Part shown: one piece after another, positions 1-9,506 of the stretch
How the letters are laid out: each line of letters starts with the position of its first letter
Numbering within the stretch: position 1 is the first letter of the stretch
Assembly (NCBI GenBank): GCA_963803435.1
Contig: CAWDML010000005.1
Coordinates: 384,001 to 448,000, forward strand
Source: an uncultured delta proteobacterium
GTDB lineage: Bacteria > Myxococcota > Kuafuiibacteriia > Kuafuiibacteriales > Kuafuiibacteriaceae
Reading direction: 5' to 3'
DNA length: 64,000 bases
The notes under the pieces: generated by a model
What the model saw: the letters and a program-made list of their open reading frames with translations, nothing else
The model's database searches: none
What the model was told of the DNA's origin: nothing
Translations under genes and position numbers: made by a program

Positions 1-1093
1 CATCGCCGCAGTTGCCGAACACATCAGGGAGCATCGGGACGAGGTGTTGCTGATCAGGTGCCTGGTTGCTGACCCCTTCGGCGACAATCACCTGAGCGTG
101 CTCATCTACGACAACTTGGGCATTGTAGGCCTGGAGGTACGCTCCCTCCTTCAACATGATCCTGCTGTCTGAGTCGGTGAAGTTCCTCTGAGCGTTGGGC
201 CTCGGTGTGCCGTCCACATTTGCAGGAACGCGATGATGCGGCCATCCATCATTTCGTTCAGTTGGGTCTGGGGATGGTTCGAGCTGGTCAGCCTGCGCTC
301 TTGCCTTCTCGGCTCGAGTTCTCGCTCGCTTCTGCTCCACCCGATCCACAAGAGCATCATCCGCTTTGCTCTGCTGCTCTTCGGCTTGCCTGCGCAATTT
401 CTCCGCGCGAGCCCTGGCGGCATCCTGTTCCAGCGCAGCCTTCGCTTCTCGAATGCGGGCAAGGCGGGATTCACGGCGAGCGAGCTCCGCTGGGATGTCC
501 TCTTCAGTCTCTTCAACGCCCAGCCGCTCGTCTTCCTCTTGGTCGATCGTGCGCGCTCGCTCCAGCAGCTCTTCGATCTCGAGAGACAGCCGCTTCTCTT
601 CCTCGGCCATCCGGTCGTAGGTCATCGCCTTGTGCTTGCTCGCGTTCGCCTGCACCTTCGAGCCATCGAGTGCGACGTGTCCGAGCCGCACCAAACCTGC
701 TTTCTGGCAAAGCTTCAGGACTTCGAGGAAGAGCGCTTTCAGTGCCTCCAGGTGGACCAGCCGAAACTCGTTGATCGTCGTGAAGTGGGGATGACTTTCT
801 CCAGCCAGCACCCGGAATGGAATGTCTTCGTAGGTCGCCCGCGCGATCCTCCGCGACGAATAGATGCCGGTGCAGTAGGCGTACAGAAGCAGCGCGATCA
901 TCATTCGAGGCGAGTGCGGTCGCTCGCCTCGCGGGTCCTTGGACTGGATCGAGATCTCGATCGCGCTCAGCTCTACCTCATCGACGACGTCCAAGACGAA
1001 GTACGCGAGATGATTTTCTGGGAGCCACTCGAGAGGGGACGGCGGGAGCAAGAACGATTGTCTCGGAGTCCAAGAACGGTATTGCTTCGCCAC
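1..1093 (-). CDS. IS1182-family transposase, N-terminal ~364 codons (runs off window edge)
   Basis: Manual translation from GTG 1093: MAKQYRSWTPRQSFLLPPSPLEWLPENHLAYFVLDVV...LLYAYCTGIYSSRRIARATYEDIPFRVLAG..HPHFTTINEFR...VALDGSKVQANASKHKAMTYDRM...QRNFTDSDSRIM...YLQAYNAQVVVD. These are DUF772 and DDE motifs typical of IS1182. Not in the ORF track because it has no stop inside the window. Confidence 0.93.
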   Translation of the reverse strand, partial: MAKQYRSWTPRQSFLLPPSPLEWLPENHLAYFVLDVVDEVELSAIEISIQSKDPRGERPHSPRMMIALLLYAYCTGIYSSRRIARATYEDIPFRVLAGESHPHFTTINEFRLVHLEALKALFLEVLKLCQKAGLVRLGHVALDGSKVQANASKHKAMTYDRMAEEEKRLSLEIEELLERARTIDQEEDERLGVEETEEDIPAELARRESRLARIREAKAALEQDAARARAEKLRRQAEEQQSKADDALVDRVEQKRARTRAEKARAQADQLEPSPDPTERNDGWPHHRVPANVDGTPRPNAQRNFTDSDSRIMLKEGAYLQAYNAQVVVDEHAQVIVAEGVSNQAPDQQHLVPMLPDVFGNCGD

Positions 1094-1212
1094 GAAACCA
1101 TGGGATCAAGTCCAGGCGTCGAAGTCGATCCGCCCAACGATCGATTCCAGACGAAACGACCTCCAAGAACTTCTGCTGGTCAAAGTGGACGAGCTACCGC
1201 AAGCTAGCTTGC

Positions 1213-1579
1213 ATGGTCACTTTCGATCACGAGAAGCTCGAGGTCTACCAGCTCGCCGTCGAGTGCCGACATCGCTGAAGAGATCGCACAAGAACTGCAA
1301 CCCGGTCACGCTCACGTCCGCGATCAGCTTCGGCGGGCATCCGATTCCATCGTGAACAACACCGCCGAGGGCGCCGGAGAGTTCAATCCACCTGAGAAGG
1401 CTCGCTTCTACCGGATGGCACTTCGCTCTGGCACCGAAAGCGCCGCCTCACTCCACACCTGCTTGAGGCGCCGACTCGCCAACGAGCAGAAGGTCCAAGG
1501 CGCCAGAGCCAAGCTCAAGCGCGTTGTCGAGATGCTCACGCGAACGACGGAAGGCTCTGGCGCCTCATCAAGTCGATGA
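1213..1579 (+). pseudogene. four helix bundle protein (23S rRNA IVP / TIGR02436-like), frameshifted at ~1264
   Basis: MVTFDHEKLEVYQLAVE in one frame continues in another as ADIAEEIAQELQPGHAHVRDQLRRASDSIVNNTAEGAGEFNPPEKARFYRMALRSGTESAA. HEKLxVYQ, DQLRRASxSIxxNxAEG and RFYxxAxxSxxE are family hallmarks. Confidence 0.85.
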
Positions 1580-1605
1580 ACGCACGCCGGGCTGCAATGA
1601 TCGCC

Positions 1606-1674
1606 ATCGGGACCGGGACCGGGACCCGGACCCGGACCGGGCTCGCGGTAGCGCTACGCGCTACACGCTCCTAG
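1606..1674. repeat. terminal inverted repeat of the IS, with internal (GGGACC/CGGACC)n hexamer array
   Basis: Reverse complement CTAGGAGCGTGTAGCGCGTA-GCGCT-ACCGCGAGCCCGGTCCGGGTCCGGGTCCCGGTCCCGGTCCCGAT aligns with few differences to 63758-63827. Confidence 0.9.
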
Positions 1675-1689
1675 CCATCGACGGGCGCC

Positions 1690-1843
1690 GTGCCGTTCGG
1701 CGCGGATGGAGGACGGTATGACCGCCTCTCCCACCCTGAACGGGTGAGGCAGGACGGCTCACTCACGATGAACAGCGGTGCGTCACCACACGTGTTCACA
1801 TTCGGGGAGCAAGGTTGTTTCATCGGACCTTCGGTAGGTAGGC
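1690..1843 (+). pseudogene. FIST-domain (NosP-like) gene remnant
   Basis: Encodes RYDRLSHPERVRQDGSLTM and FTFGEQGCFIG, two motifs recalled from FIST_C proteins, here only ~10 aa apart. No 5' part. Lies directly upstream of a hybrid kinase. Confidence 0.55.
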
Positions 1844-3601
1844 GTGGAACCGGAAGAGCTGCGCGAAGCGCTGGTGAACCTGCAGCGCGATCTAGACGCC
1901 GAGCACCTCGGTCGCGTCGAGGCACAGGTGCTGCTCGACGGTGCGCTGCTGCTCACCACGTCGACCGATCCTGCAGCGCTCTTCGCCGACGTCTTCCGCA
2001 CGCTCTCCAAGGTCATCAGTCTGTCGGACGGCATGATCATGCGCCCGAGCCAGGGGGTCCTGATCGCGGAGCACGCCACGCAGGCGGATCTGGTGGGCTT
2101 CGAGCTGCCGCGCACGGAGTTGTTCGACCGGGTGCTATCAGGCCAGACCGTCGCATCCTTCGACATTGCGGACGTGCCGGCGTGGCGAGGCAAGCCCGAG
2201 CCGATCCGCGCGCGCTTCGTCTCGGCGCTGCACGCCCCGATCATCGCGGACGACGCGCGGGCGATCGTGATCTGCGGCCACTCCGAGCGCGCACACTTCA
2301 GCAAGAACGACGTCCGCGTGCTTGGCCGTTTCGTGCCCTTCGCCTCGCAGGCCTGGCACAACCTGCGCTCCGCCGAACGTGAGGAGGCGGCCAAGGCCGA
2401 GCTGAGCCGCGCCAAGGAGCTCGCGGAGGCCGCCAACGTCGCCAAGAGCATGTTCCTCGCGAACATGTCCCACGAGATTCGAACGCCCATGAACGGCATC
2501 GTCGGCATGGCGTCGCTGCTGCTGCACACCCAGCCCACCCGGGAGCAGAAGGAGTACATCGACACGATCCGGCGCTCGTCGCGGGCGCTCCTCGCCATCA
2601 TCAACGACGTCCTCGACCTCTCCAAGATCGAGGCTGGCAAGCTCATCATCGACGAGATCCCGTTCGACGTCCGCAAGCTCCTCGAGGAGATCGCAGCGCT
2701 GATGCGGGGGCGCGTGAGCGTGGGTGTTCAGTTCAAGGTCGAGATCTCGCGGCGCGTGCCCGAGTGCCTGATCGGCGATCCGGGCCGGCTCCGACAGATC
2801 CTGCTCAACCTGATCAGCAACGCCACCAAGTTCACCTCCCGGGGCCACGTGACGGTCACGGTGCGTGTGGAGGACGAGACCGAGCTCGACGCCCGTTTGG
2901 TCCTCACCGTCGAGGACACCGGGATCGGGATCGCCGCCGACAAGCTCGACTACGTCTTCAGGGACTTCACGCAGGAGGACGGCACCACCACTCGGGAGTT
3001 TGGAGGCACCGGCCTCGGGCTGACGATCTCGCGACAGCTCGCCTCCCTCATGGGAGGCCGCCTGGTAGCCTCGAGCGCCAAGGGCAAGGGATCATCGTTC
3101 ACGCTGGAGATTCCGGTCGGCCTGGGCGAGGCCGACATGCTCGACGACAGCGGCGTCATGGCGCTGCCGCCGCCTCGCGCTGTCGTGGCGATCCGTGTGC
3201 TCCTCGCCGAGGACAATGAGGTCAATCAGTGGGTGGCCGTGCGGATGCTCGAGCGTCTGGGCTGCGAGGTTTCCGTGGCGAAGAACGGCGCGGAGGCGGT
3301 CGACATGGTCTTCGCCGACCACTACGACTTCGTGCTCATGGACTGCCAGATGCCGGTGGTCGACGGCTACGCAGCCACCGCGCAGATCCGCGCCCGAGAG
3401 ATGGGAACGCCCCAGCGGATCCCGATCGTGGCGCTGACCGCCCACGCGCTCGCCGAGGATCGGACGCGCTGCCTCAGCGTCGGCATGAACGACTTCATCA
3501 CCAAGCCGGTCGGACTCGACGATCTGCGCGCGGTGGTCGATCGTTACGCAGCGCCGCCGGCCGGCGTGCCCGAGCGGGAGCCCCACCGCTCCCCCACCTG
3601 A
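1844..3601 (+). CDS. hybrid sensor histidine kinase (GAF-like, HisKA, HATPase, REC)
   Basis: [16 protein letters not shown]-box, [12 protein letters not shown]-box, DTGIGI and GGTGLGL G-boxes, receiver LLAEDN...LMDCQMP...KP. Confidence 0.95.
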   Translation: MEPEELREALVNLQRDLDAEHLGRVEAQVLLDGALLLTTSTDPAALFADVFRTLSKVISLSDGMIMRPSQGVLIAEHATQADLVGFELPRTELFDRVLSGQTVASFDIADVPAWRGKPEPIRARFVSALHAPIIADDARAIVICGHSERAHFSKNDVRVLGRFVPFASQAWHNLRSAEREEAAKAELSRAKELAEAANVAKSMFLANMSHEIRTPMNGIVGMASLLLHTQPTREQKEYIDTIRRSSRALLAIINDVLDLSKIEAGKLIIDEIPFDVRKLLEEIAALMRGRVSVGVQFKVEISRRVPECLIGDPGRLRQILLNLISNATKFTSRGHVTVTVRVEDETELDARLVLTVEDTGIGIAADKLDYVFRDFTQEDGTTTREFGGTGLGLTISRQLASLMGGRLVASSAKGKGSSFTLEIPVGLGEADMLDDSGVMALPPPRAVVAIRVLLAEDNEVNQWVAVRMLERLGCEVSVAKNGAEAVDMVFADHYDFVLMDCQMPVVDGYAATAQIRAREMGTPQRIPIVALTAHALAEDRTRCLSVGMNDFITKPVGLDDLRAVVDRYAAPPAGVPEREPHRSPT

Positions 3602-3610
3602 GGCCCCTGG

Positions 3611-4873
3611 TCAGCGAACCAGGAGCGACTCCAGCTGTGGGAGGCGGGGGACGATCCGCTTGCTGGTCTCGATGCCGCGGAGCACCTTGATCGGATCCTT
3701 GAGCCAGGTGTCGGGCGCGGTCCGGCCCAGGCGCTGGAGGATGCGGCCGATCGGATGTCTCAGCGCCGGCTGGGTCTTGACGATTCGGCACAGCAGATCC
3801 GAGCCCGCGGAGATCAGCGGACCGGCGCCGTAGCGAGGCTGGCCCAGCCCGAACACGTAGAGGTTCTTGTGGTTCGGAGGAAAGATCCCCTCGATCAGCT
3901 GCGGGTAGCCGTCCTTCCACTCCAGGACGTCGGCGTCGAGCATCGGGAGGCTCACGTGGAAGCCCGTCGCAGCCACGATCAGGTCAAACTCCTGGCGGCG
4001 GCCGTCGGTGAACTCGACGATCCGCCCGTCGTACCGTGCAATGTCGCGCTCGGGGCGGATGCGGCCGTGCTTGATGAAGTAGAGGAGCTGTGAGTTGAGC
4101 GTCGGATGGCGCTCGAAGATCTTGTGGTCGGGCCTCGGCAACCCGTAGCGCTCGTAGCGACCGAACACGATCCGCACCAGGGCGCGGATGAAGAGCCGCT
4201 GCGCCCACAGCGGGAAGAACGGTCGCAGATATTCGACGGTGGGGACGCCGAGGAGCGTCTTGGGCAGGAACCAGTATCCGCGCCGAAGGCTGATGTGCGA
4301 GCAGGCCGCGAACCGCGCCGCCTCGACGGCCACGTCGCAAGCCGAGTTGCCGCCGCCGATCACGAGCACCCGCCTGCCGCGGAGGAGGTCCGGGCTCTTG
4401 TAGTCCTTGGAGTGGATCAGCTCGCCGGTGAACGTGCCCGGATAGGTGGGAATGCGCTTGTCCCAGTGGTGCCCGTTGCAGATGACGACGCCGCGATACC
4501 GGCGCGTCTCGCCGCCGCGCAGGCTGACCTCCCACGCGTCGCCCGGCGCCGGTCGCACGTGCTCGACGAACGTGCGGAGCTGGACGTGCTCGCGGATCGC
4601 CATTCGGTCGCAGTAGTCGCGCAGGTACGCCAGCATCTGCGCGGCGCTGGGAAAGTCCGGGTAGTCGTCCGGCATCGGGTAGTCGGAGTACTCGGTGGTC
4701 TTCTTCGACGAGATGATGTGCGCGGTCTCGTAGACGCCGTGGTACCAGTTGCCTCCCACGTCGTCGTCGGCCTCCAGGAGGTCGAACGGGATCCCGTGGC
4801 TCGACATCGCGGCCGCCACGCCCAGCCCGGAGAAGCCGCCGCCGATGATGCAGTAGCGCTGTTCGGTCGACAT
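3611..4873 (-). CDS. flavin-containing monooxygenase (FMO-like)
   Basis: GGGFSG FAD motif, FTGELIHSKDYK FMO fingerprint, GGGNSA NADP motif, ATGF. Confidence 0.92.
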   Translation of the reverse strand: MSTEQRYCIIGGGFSGLGVAAAMSSHGIPFDLLEADDDVGGNWYHGVYETAHIISSKKTTEYSDYPMPDDYPDFPSAAQMLAYLRDYCDRMAIREHVQLRTFVEHVRPAPGDAWEVSLRGGETRRYRGVVICNGHHWDKRIPTYPGTFTGELIHSKDYKSPDLLRGRRVLVIGGGNSACDVAVEAARFAACSHISLRRGYWFLPKTLLGVPTVEYLRPFFPLWAQRLFIRALVRIVFGRYERYGLPRPDHKIFERHPTLNSQLLYFIKHGRIRPERDIARYDGRIVEFTDGRRQEFDLIVAATGFHVSLPMLDADVLEWKDGYPQLIEGIFPPNHKNLYVFGLGQPRYGAGPLISAGSDLLCRIVKTQPALRHPIGRILQRLGRTAPDTWLKDPIKVLRGIETSKRIVPRLPQLESLLVR

Positions 4874-4883
4874 GGCGGCGCCC

Positions 4884-5708
4884 TTACCCAGCCAGCCGGC
4901 CGGTGCTCGCGAGATACGACGCGGCGAGGTGATAGTTGTCGTTGTGGTCGGGGTGAAAGCCGGGACGCAGGTACGCCGCGACCGCGCGCCGTAGGAGGCG
5001 GCTCGTGTGGCTCCGGCGCTTCGCCTCGAGCGCGCGCCGATGGCGCCGCCGCTCCGCCTTCGAGAGGCCAGTCTCCTGCTTCATCAGCATGCGGGCGCCG
5101 AGCATCCAGAACGTCATCAGGCCGGCCAGCCCGATCGCCATGCCGGCGATCCGGACGGCGTAGCGCGGATCGACCTTGGCGAGCACGTCGAACGCCACCG
5201 ACTTGTGCTCGATCTCCTCGGCTGCGTGCCACCTGAGCAGCGCGCGCATCACCGGGTGGGCCTCTTCGAGGAAGTTGTCCGAGAGCGCGCTCTCACCGAG
5301 CGACGCGGTGAGATGCTCGAGGGCGACCGTGATCGAGAGGTTGATGTTGGGCGGGAAGAACCGCTCGAGGCTGGGCAGCGCCACCTCCTCGTAGAAGTGG
5401 AGGAACCGCGAGACATCGTAGCCCTGCCGCTGGATCATCTCGAAGCTCCGCGTGTGCTCCTGTCCGTGTCGCGCCTCTTGCCCGAAGAATGCGCGCACCC
5501 GTTCGCGGAGCTCCGGATCGTCCTCGATCCGATCGAGGTAGTGCTTCACGCTCCGGATGAAGAAGCGCTCCCCCTCGGGAAACACGAGATGGAGCCCGTT
5601 GGCGACGTGCGTCGCGACCGGGTTGCCCATGAACCACCACCGGGGGACGGCCTCCGGGTCGAAGTCGAAGCTCATCTTCCGCACGGTGATCGCGTGCCGG
5701 CCGCTCAT
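4884..5708 (-). CDS. predicted metal-dependent hydrolase (ferritin-like, PF10118-type)
   Basis: FPEGERFFIRSV, FFGQEARHGQEH, TVALEHLTA, WHAAEEIEHKSVAFDV, YLRPGFHP. Start placed at ATG 5708. Confidence 0.88.
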   Translation of the reverse strand: MSGRHAITVRKMSFDFDPEAVPRWWFMGNPVATHVANGLHLVFPEGERFFIRSVKHYLDRIEDDPELRERVRAFFGQEARHGQEHTRSFEMIQRQGYDVSRFLHFYEEVALPSLERFFPPNINLSITVALEHLTASLGESALSDNFLEEAHPVMRALLRWHAAEEIEHKSVAFDVLAKVDPRYAVRIAGMAIGLAGLMTFWMLGARMLMKQETGLSKAERRRHRRALEAKRRSHTSRLLRRAVAAYLRPGFHPDHNDNYHLAASYLASTGRLAG

Positions 5709-5756
5709 TGAATCCAATTCAATAGGATTCTAGCGGTTATTGAACACAAGTCAATA
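5707..5756. promoter_or_regulatory. two palindromic TetR-type operator candidates
   Basis: ATTGAAT-CCA-ATTCAAT (5707-5723) and TATTGA-ACACAAG-TCAATA (5738-5756) in the AT-rich gap between the divergent hydrolase and tetR genes. Confidence 0.7.
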
Positions 5757-5775
5757 GCGGGCTAACTTATGGAGG

Positions 5776-6396
5776 ATGGTGCGGAAACGGCTGGAGCTGG
5801 ACGAGCGCCGGACGCAGCTGCTCGAGCTTGGGCTCGAGCTCTTTTCGAACCGCTCCTATCACGACGTCTCCATCGACGACATCGCCGCCGCCGCCGGGAT
5901 CTCGAAGGGCCTGCTCTACCACTACTTCCCGACGAAGCGCGCGTTCTACGTCGCCACGGTTCGACAGGCCGCGGGCGGGCTGGTGGCGGCGACCGAGCCC
6001 AACATGAACCTGCCCGCCAGGGAGCGGGCCTATGCGGGGATGTCGGCGTACCTCGATTACGTCGAGGCCCACGCCTTCGCATACCAGGCGCTCCTGCGCT
6101 CGGGCGTCGGTGTCGACGAAGAGGTGGCCGCCATCATCGAAGACACGCGCAGCCGCATCAGCGAGCGGATGCAGCGCGTGCTCGGTCTGGCGGCGCCGCG
6201 TCCGATCTTCCGCACCTTGTTCCGCGCCTTCATCGGCTCGGTCGAGACCGCCAGCCTCGACTGGCTCGACCATCGGGACGTCGACCGAGAGCAGCTGTTG
6301 CGCATGCTGCTGGCGCTCCTCTACTGGACGGTCCGAACGGCAATGTCGTTCGATCCAGAGGCGGGGATCAGGCTCGACGTCGAGCCGCCGTTCTAA
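5776..6396 (+). CDS. TetR/AcrR family transcriptional regulator
   Basis: N-terminal HTH VSIDDIAAAAGISKGLLYHYFPTK. Confidence 0.93.
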   Translation: MVRKRLELDERRTQLLELGLELFSNRSYHDVSIDDIAAAAGISKGLLYHYFPTKRAFYVATVRQAAGGLVAATEPNMNLPARERAYAGMSAYLDYVEAHAFAYQALLRSGVGVDEEVAAIIEDTRSRISERMQRVLGLAAPRPIFRTLFRAFIGSVETASLDWLDHRDVDREQLLRMLLALLYWTVRTAMSFDPEAGIRLDVEPPF

Positions 6397-8957
6397 CCCA
6401 GGAACGCGACCAGCTGCGGCGTGATCCGCGCGTACAGCTCCTCGCGCTGATCCAGCCCTTCGAGCGCCCGGGCCAGCGCGCGCTCGGCGCCGATCGGCGG
6501 GTGCGCCTCGAAGAACGATACAATCTCCGCGCGGCGATCGCCGGGGAGGTGGCCGACGGCCTCCACCACTCGCGAGATGCCCATGTCCCCCACGCGCGCC
6601 CGGAGCGAATCCCAATGCGCGCGCAGATACTCCCACGCCGGGACCCGCCCGTGGCGCGTTCCGAGGAGCTGTCCCAGGATCGATCCGACCGCCTCCTGCG
6701 GAATGACGCCGTCGTCGAGGTGCGCCAGCGTCCGGGCGGTGAGCTCCCTGGGGCGGAACGCCGCCATCGTGTAGAGATATCGCAGGCTGTCCTGCGGTGC
6801 CGATCCCTTCGACTTGCGCGCCAGATACGTGGGGGCCCAGGTCTCGTAGCGGGCGGCGTCGCCGAACTTGGCGGCCACGCCGACGAAGGTGCCCGCCAGG
6901 TTCGGATCGACGCGGCGCGGCTCTGCCTGCTCGCGCGCGGCCCACTCTTCACACAGCTCGACCGCACGGGCGACCCGGGCCAGCGAGGCGACCGCGTGGA
7001 TGGTGAGCGCGCGGCGCTGGAGATCGTTCTGCGACTCTCCCTTCTTCGGCTCCCAGCCCAGCTCCTCGAGCTCGGGCTCGAACAGCGACGCCACGTAGGC
7101 GCGAAGCTTGGCGATGGCGCGCGCGTCCTCCGCGTCCTCGAGCACGCGGTCGAGCGTGCCGAGACGATCGACGAGCGCGCGCACCACGTTGTGGTCCTCG
7201 CTCTTCGAGAGCCCTGCGATCACCGGAACGAAGCGATCGATCGTGCTCGCGCCGTTCCGCACCAGCGCCCACTGGTCCTCGATCAGTCCCATCTGCTCGA
7301 CCGGCGCCAGCACCTCGGCGGCGCGGGAGAGCAGCGCCTCGGCCGCCGGCCCGCGCGTATCGACCCGATAGAAGCCGATCTCGTCGGCGTTGGCGTAGCA
7401 CCACTTCACCGGGCCGCTCGCGGGCAGCGTCGCCGACCTGGTCCGTTCGCCCATGATGAAGCGGAAGACATGCGTGCCGCGATCGTCGGCGTAGCGGACC
7501 ACCATCGGCACGTTCCACAGCTGCTCGTTCTTTCCTTCGGACGTGCCCGGGCTGGAGAAGAACCGCCGCTGTGAGAGGGAGAGCTCCGTACCGGAGACCT
7601 CGACGCTGACCATCGGGAAGCCGGGCTGGTCGATCCAGCTCCGCATCAGCTCGCCCACCGGCTCCCCGGAGGCGGTCGCCAGGTGATCCCAGAGATCCGC
7701 GCCGGCCGCGTTCTTCCGCGCGAACGCCTTCATGTACGTCCGGATGCCGTCGCGGAACTTCTCCTCACCGAGGAAGTTCTCGAGCATCCGCATCACCGCG
7801 CAGCCCTTCTGGTACGTGATGACGTCGAACATCTCGATCGCCTCGCCGGGCGTGGCCACCGGTGCGTAGATCGGATGCGTGGTGGGGAGGGCGTCGTCGA
7901 CCAGCGCCCGGTTCTTGTCGGCCTGGAAGTCGTTCCATACCTGATAGTCCGGCGCGTTGGCGTGGGTGGCCTTGTGAGCGAACCACTCGGCGAAGGCCTC
8001 GTTCAGCCACAGATCGTCCCACCACTTCATGGTGACGAGGTTGCCGAACCACATGTGCGCGAGCTCGTGCGCGATGACCTTCGCGATCAGCTTCTCCTGG
8101 GTCCAGGAGGCCGCGTCAGGGTCCATCAAGAGCAGGTTCTGGCGGAACAGCACCAGCCCGACGTTCTCCATGGCGCCGGCGTCGAAGCCCGGCACCGCCA
8201 CCTGGTCGTACTTCTTGTAGGCGTACTTCACGTCGAAGTAGGACTCGAACCAGGGGATCAGCTTCGCCGTGAACTGGTGCGCGAAGTGGGTCTGCGCCTT
8301 CTTGCCGCGCATCGCCCAGACGCGCACCGGCACGCCGCCGGCGACGCTCTGATCGCTCCCCTCGAACTCGCCGACGACGAGCGCTGCCAGATAGCTCGAC
8401 ACCAGATCCGTCTCCGAGAAGTGCCAGATCTTCTCGTCGCCGACCTCCTCCGTCTTCTCCAGCTCGCCGTTGGCGAGCGCCACCATGTCGGGACGGGTCC
8501 GGATCGTCCACGCGAGGTGTGCCTTGAACTCGGGCTCGTCGAAGCAGGGGAAGATGCCGCGCGCATCGGTGGCCTCGCACTGGGTGCAGATGGCGCGCTC
8601 CGTCCCATCCTTCGCCAGGTAGAGGCCGTGCATCCCGGGGTTCGGCTTGCCCGAGAAGCGCGTGGTGAGCTGGAAGCGGCCGGCAGGCAGCGCGCGCTCG
8701 GCGATGAACTGCACCGTCTCCGTCTCGGGATCCATCGCGGCGCGGGCATCGATCGTCTCGTCGCCGACGACGAAGAAAGGTTCCTCGATCGTGAGCCCCT
8801 TCGCGTGCATCTCGACGCGATCGGTCTCGACCTCGGCGATCAGATCCATCGAGACGGCGCCTTCGAAGGCGTCCCACGCGGGGTGCGCGGAGATGTCGAC
8901 GTGGTACCGTTCGGGACGGACGGTCTTAGGGAGGCGGTGCGGTTTGGGGCCCCTCAT
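6393..8957 (-). CDS. M1 family aminopeptidase (ERAP1-like C-terminus)
   Basis: FPCFDEP, GAMEN, HELAHMWFGNLVT...WLNEAFA zinc motif, YQKG. Start placed at MRGPKP (8957). Confidence 0.93.
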   Translation of the reverse strand: MRGPKPHRLPKTVRPERYHVDISAHPAWDAFEGAVSMDLIAEVETDRVEMHAKGLTIEEPFFVVGDETIDARAAMDPETETVQFIAERALPAGRFQLTTRFSGKPNPGMHGLYLAKDGTERAICTQCEATDARGIFPCFDEPEFKAHLAWTIRTRPDMVALANGELEKTEEVGDEKIWHFSETDLVSSYLAALVVGEFEGSDQSVAGGVPVRVWAMRGKKAQTHFAHQFTAKLIPWFESYFDVKYAYKKYDQVAVPGFDAGAMENVGLVLFRQNLLLMDPDAASWTQEKLIAKVIAHELAHMWFGNLVTMKWWDDLWLNEAFAEWFAHKATHANAPDYQVWNDFQADKNRALVDDALPTTHPIYAPVATPGEAIEMFDVITYQKGCAVMRMLENFLGEEKFRDGIRTYMKAFARKNAAGADLWDHLATASGEPVGELMRSWIDQPGFPMVSVEVSGTELSLSQRRFFSSPGTSEGKNEQLWNVPMVVRYADDRGTHVFRFIMGERTRSATLPASGPVKWCYANADEIGFYRVDTRGPAAEALLSRAAEVLAPVEQMGLIEDQWALVRNGASTIDRFVPVIAGLSKSEDHNVVRALVDRLGTLDRVLEDAEDARAIAKLRAYVASLFEPELEELGWEPKKGESQNDLQRRALTIHAVASLARVARAVELCEEWAAREQAEPRRVDPNLAGTFVGVAAKFGDAARYETWAPTYLARKSKGSAPQDSLRYLYTMAAFRPRELTARTLAHLDDGVIPQEAVGSILGQLLGTRHGRVPAWEYLRAHWDSLRARVGDMGISRVVEAVGHLPGDRRAEIVSFFEAHPPIGAERALARALEGLDQREELYARITPQLVAFLG

Positions 8958-8974
8958 GGGAGCCCAAAGATATA

Positions 8975-9421
8975 CTACGCGGGCAGCTCGATCCCGATCA
9001 GGCGGAGGATCAAGCGCACCAGGAACATCGGGTCGCTGATGATGCGGCCGTACATGATGTACGCGGCCACGAACCCGGCGGTGAGGGTCAGCGTCCCGAC
9101 GACGAAGCTGGAGACGGCCGCGTGCACCAGGCCGATGGCCCAGGCGAGGAGCGGCTTCACCTCGTAGATGACCTTGATCGCGATCGTCTGGGCGACCCAC
9201 ACGAACAGCGGGATCATCATCGTCAGCATCCAGCTGTCGGCGTGGAGCATCCAGCGGACCGGGATCGCCAGGAGCGCCGTGACCAATCCGTAGGCAAAGG
9301 CGTTGTCCCAGCCGTTGTCGAGCCGGCCGCCGCCCAGGATGCGGACGGTGCCGCGCAGCATCACGGCCCAGACCAGGGTGACGACGGCAAACGTGATCCA
9401 GGCGGCTGCAGTCAGGCTCAT
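8975..9421 (-). CDS. hypothetical membrane protein
   Basis: 148 aa with about 4 hydrophobic helices; co-oriented in the operon. Confidence 0.7.
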   Translation of the reverse strand: MSLTAAAWITFAVVTLVWAVMLRGTVRILGGGRLDNGWDNAFAYGLVTALLAIPVRWMLHADSWMLTMMIPLFVWVAQTIAIKVIYEVKPLLAWAIGLVHAAVSSFVVGTLTLTAGFVAAYIMYGRIISDPMFLVRLILRLIGIELPA

Positions 9422-9506
9422 GTCTCTACCTCCAACGCGCGGAGCTCCGGAAGGATTCGCGAGTTCTTAGGATACGCCGGCGCGCGGCGATTCGACCTAT
9501 GGGGTT

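Larger units (their letters stand above)
1..1674 (-). mobile_element. IS1182-family element, left copy (partial: upstream end, passenger gene and transposase 5' part)
   Basis: Contains the IS1182-type transposase ORF and ends in a ~70-bp sequence (1606-1674) that is the inverted repeat of 63758-63827, terminating in CTAG. Confidence 0.85.

Noticed and set aside
1213-1579. Diversity-generating retroelement suggested by the Avd-like gene
   Set aside because: No reverse transcriptase and no TR/VR repeat pair were seen in the window.
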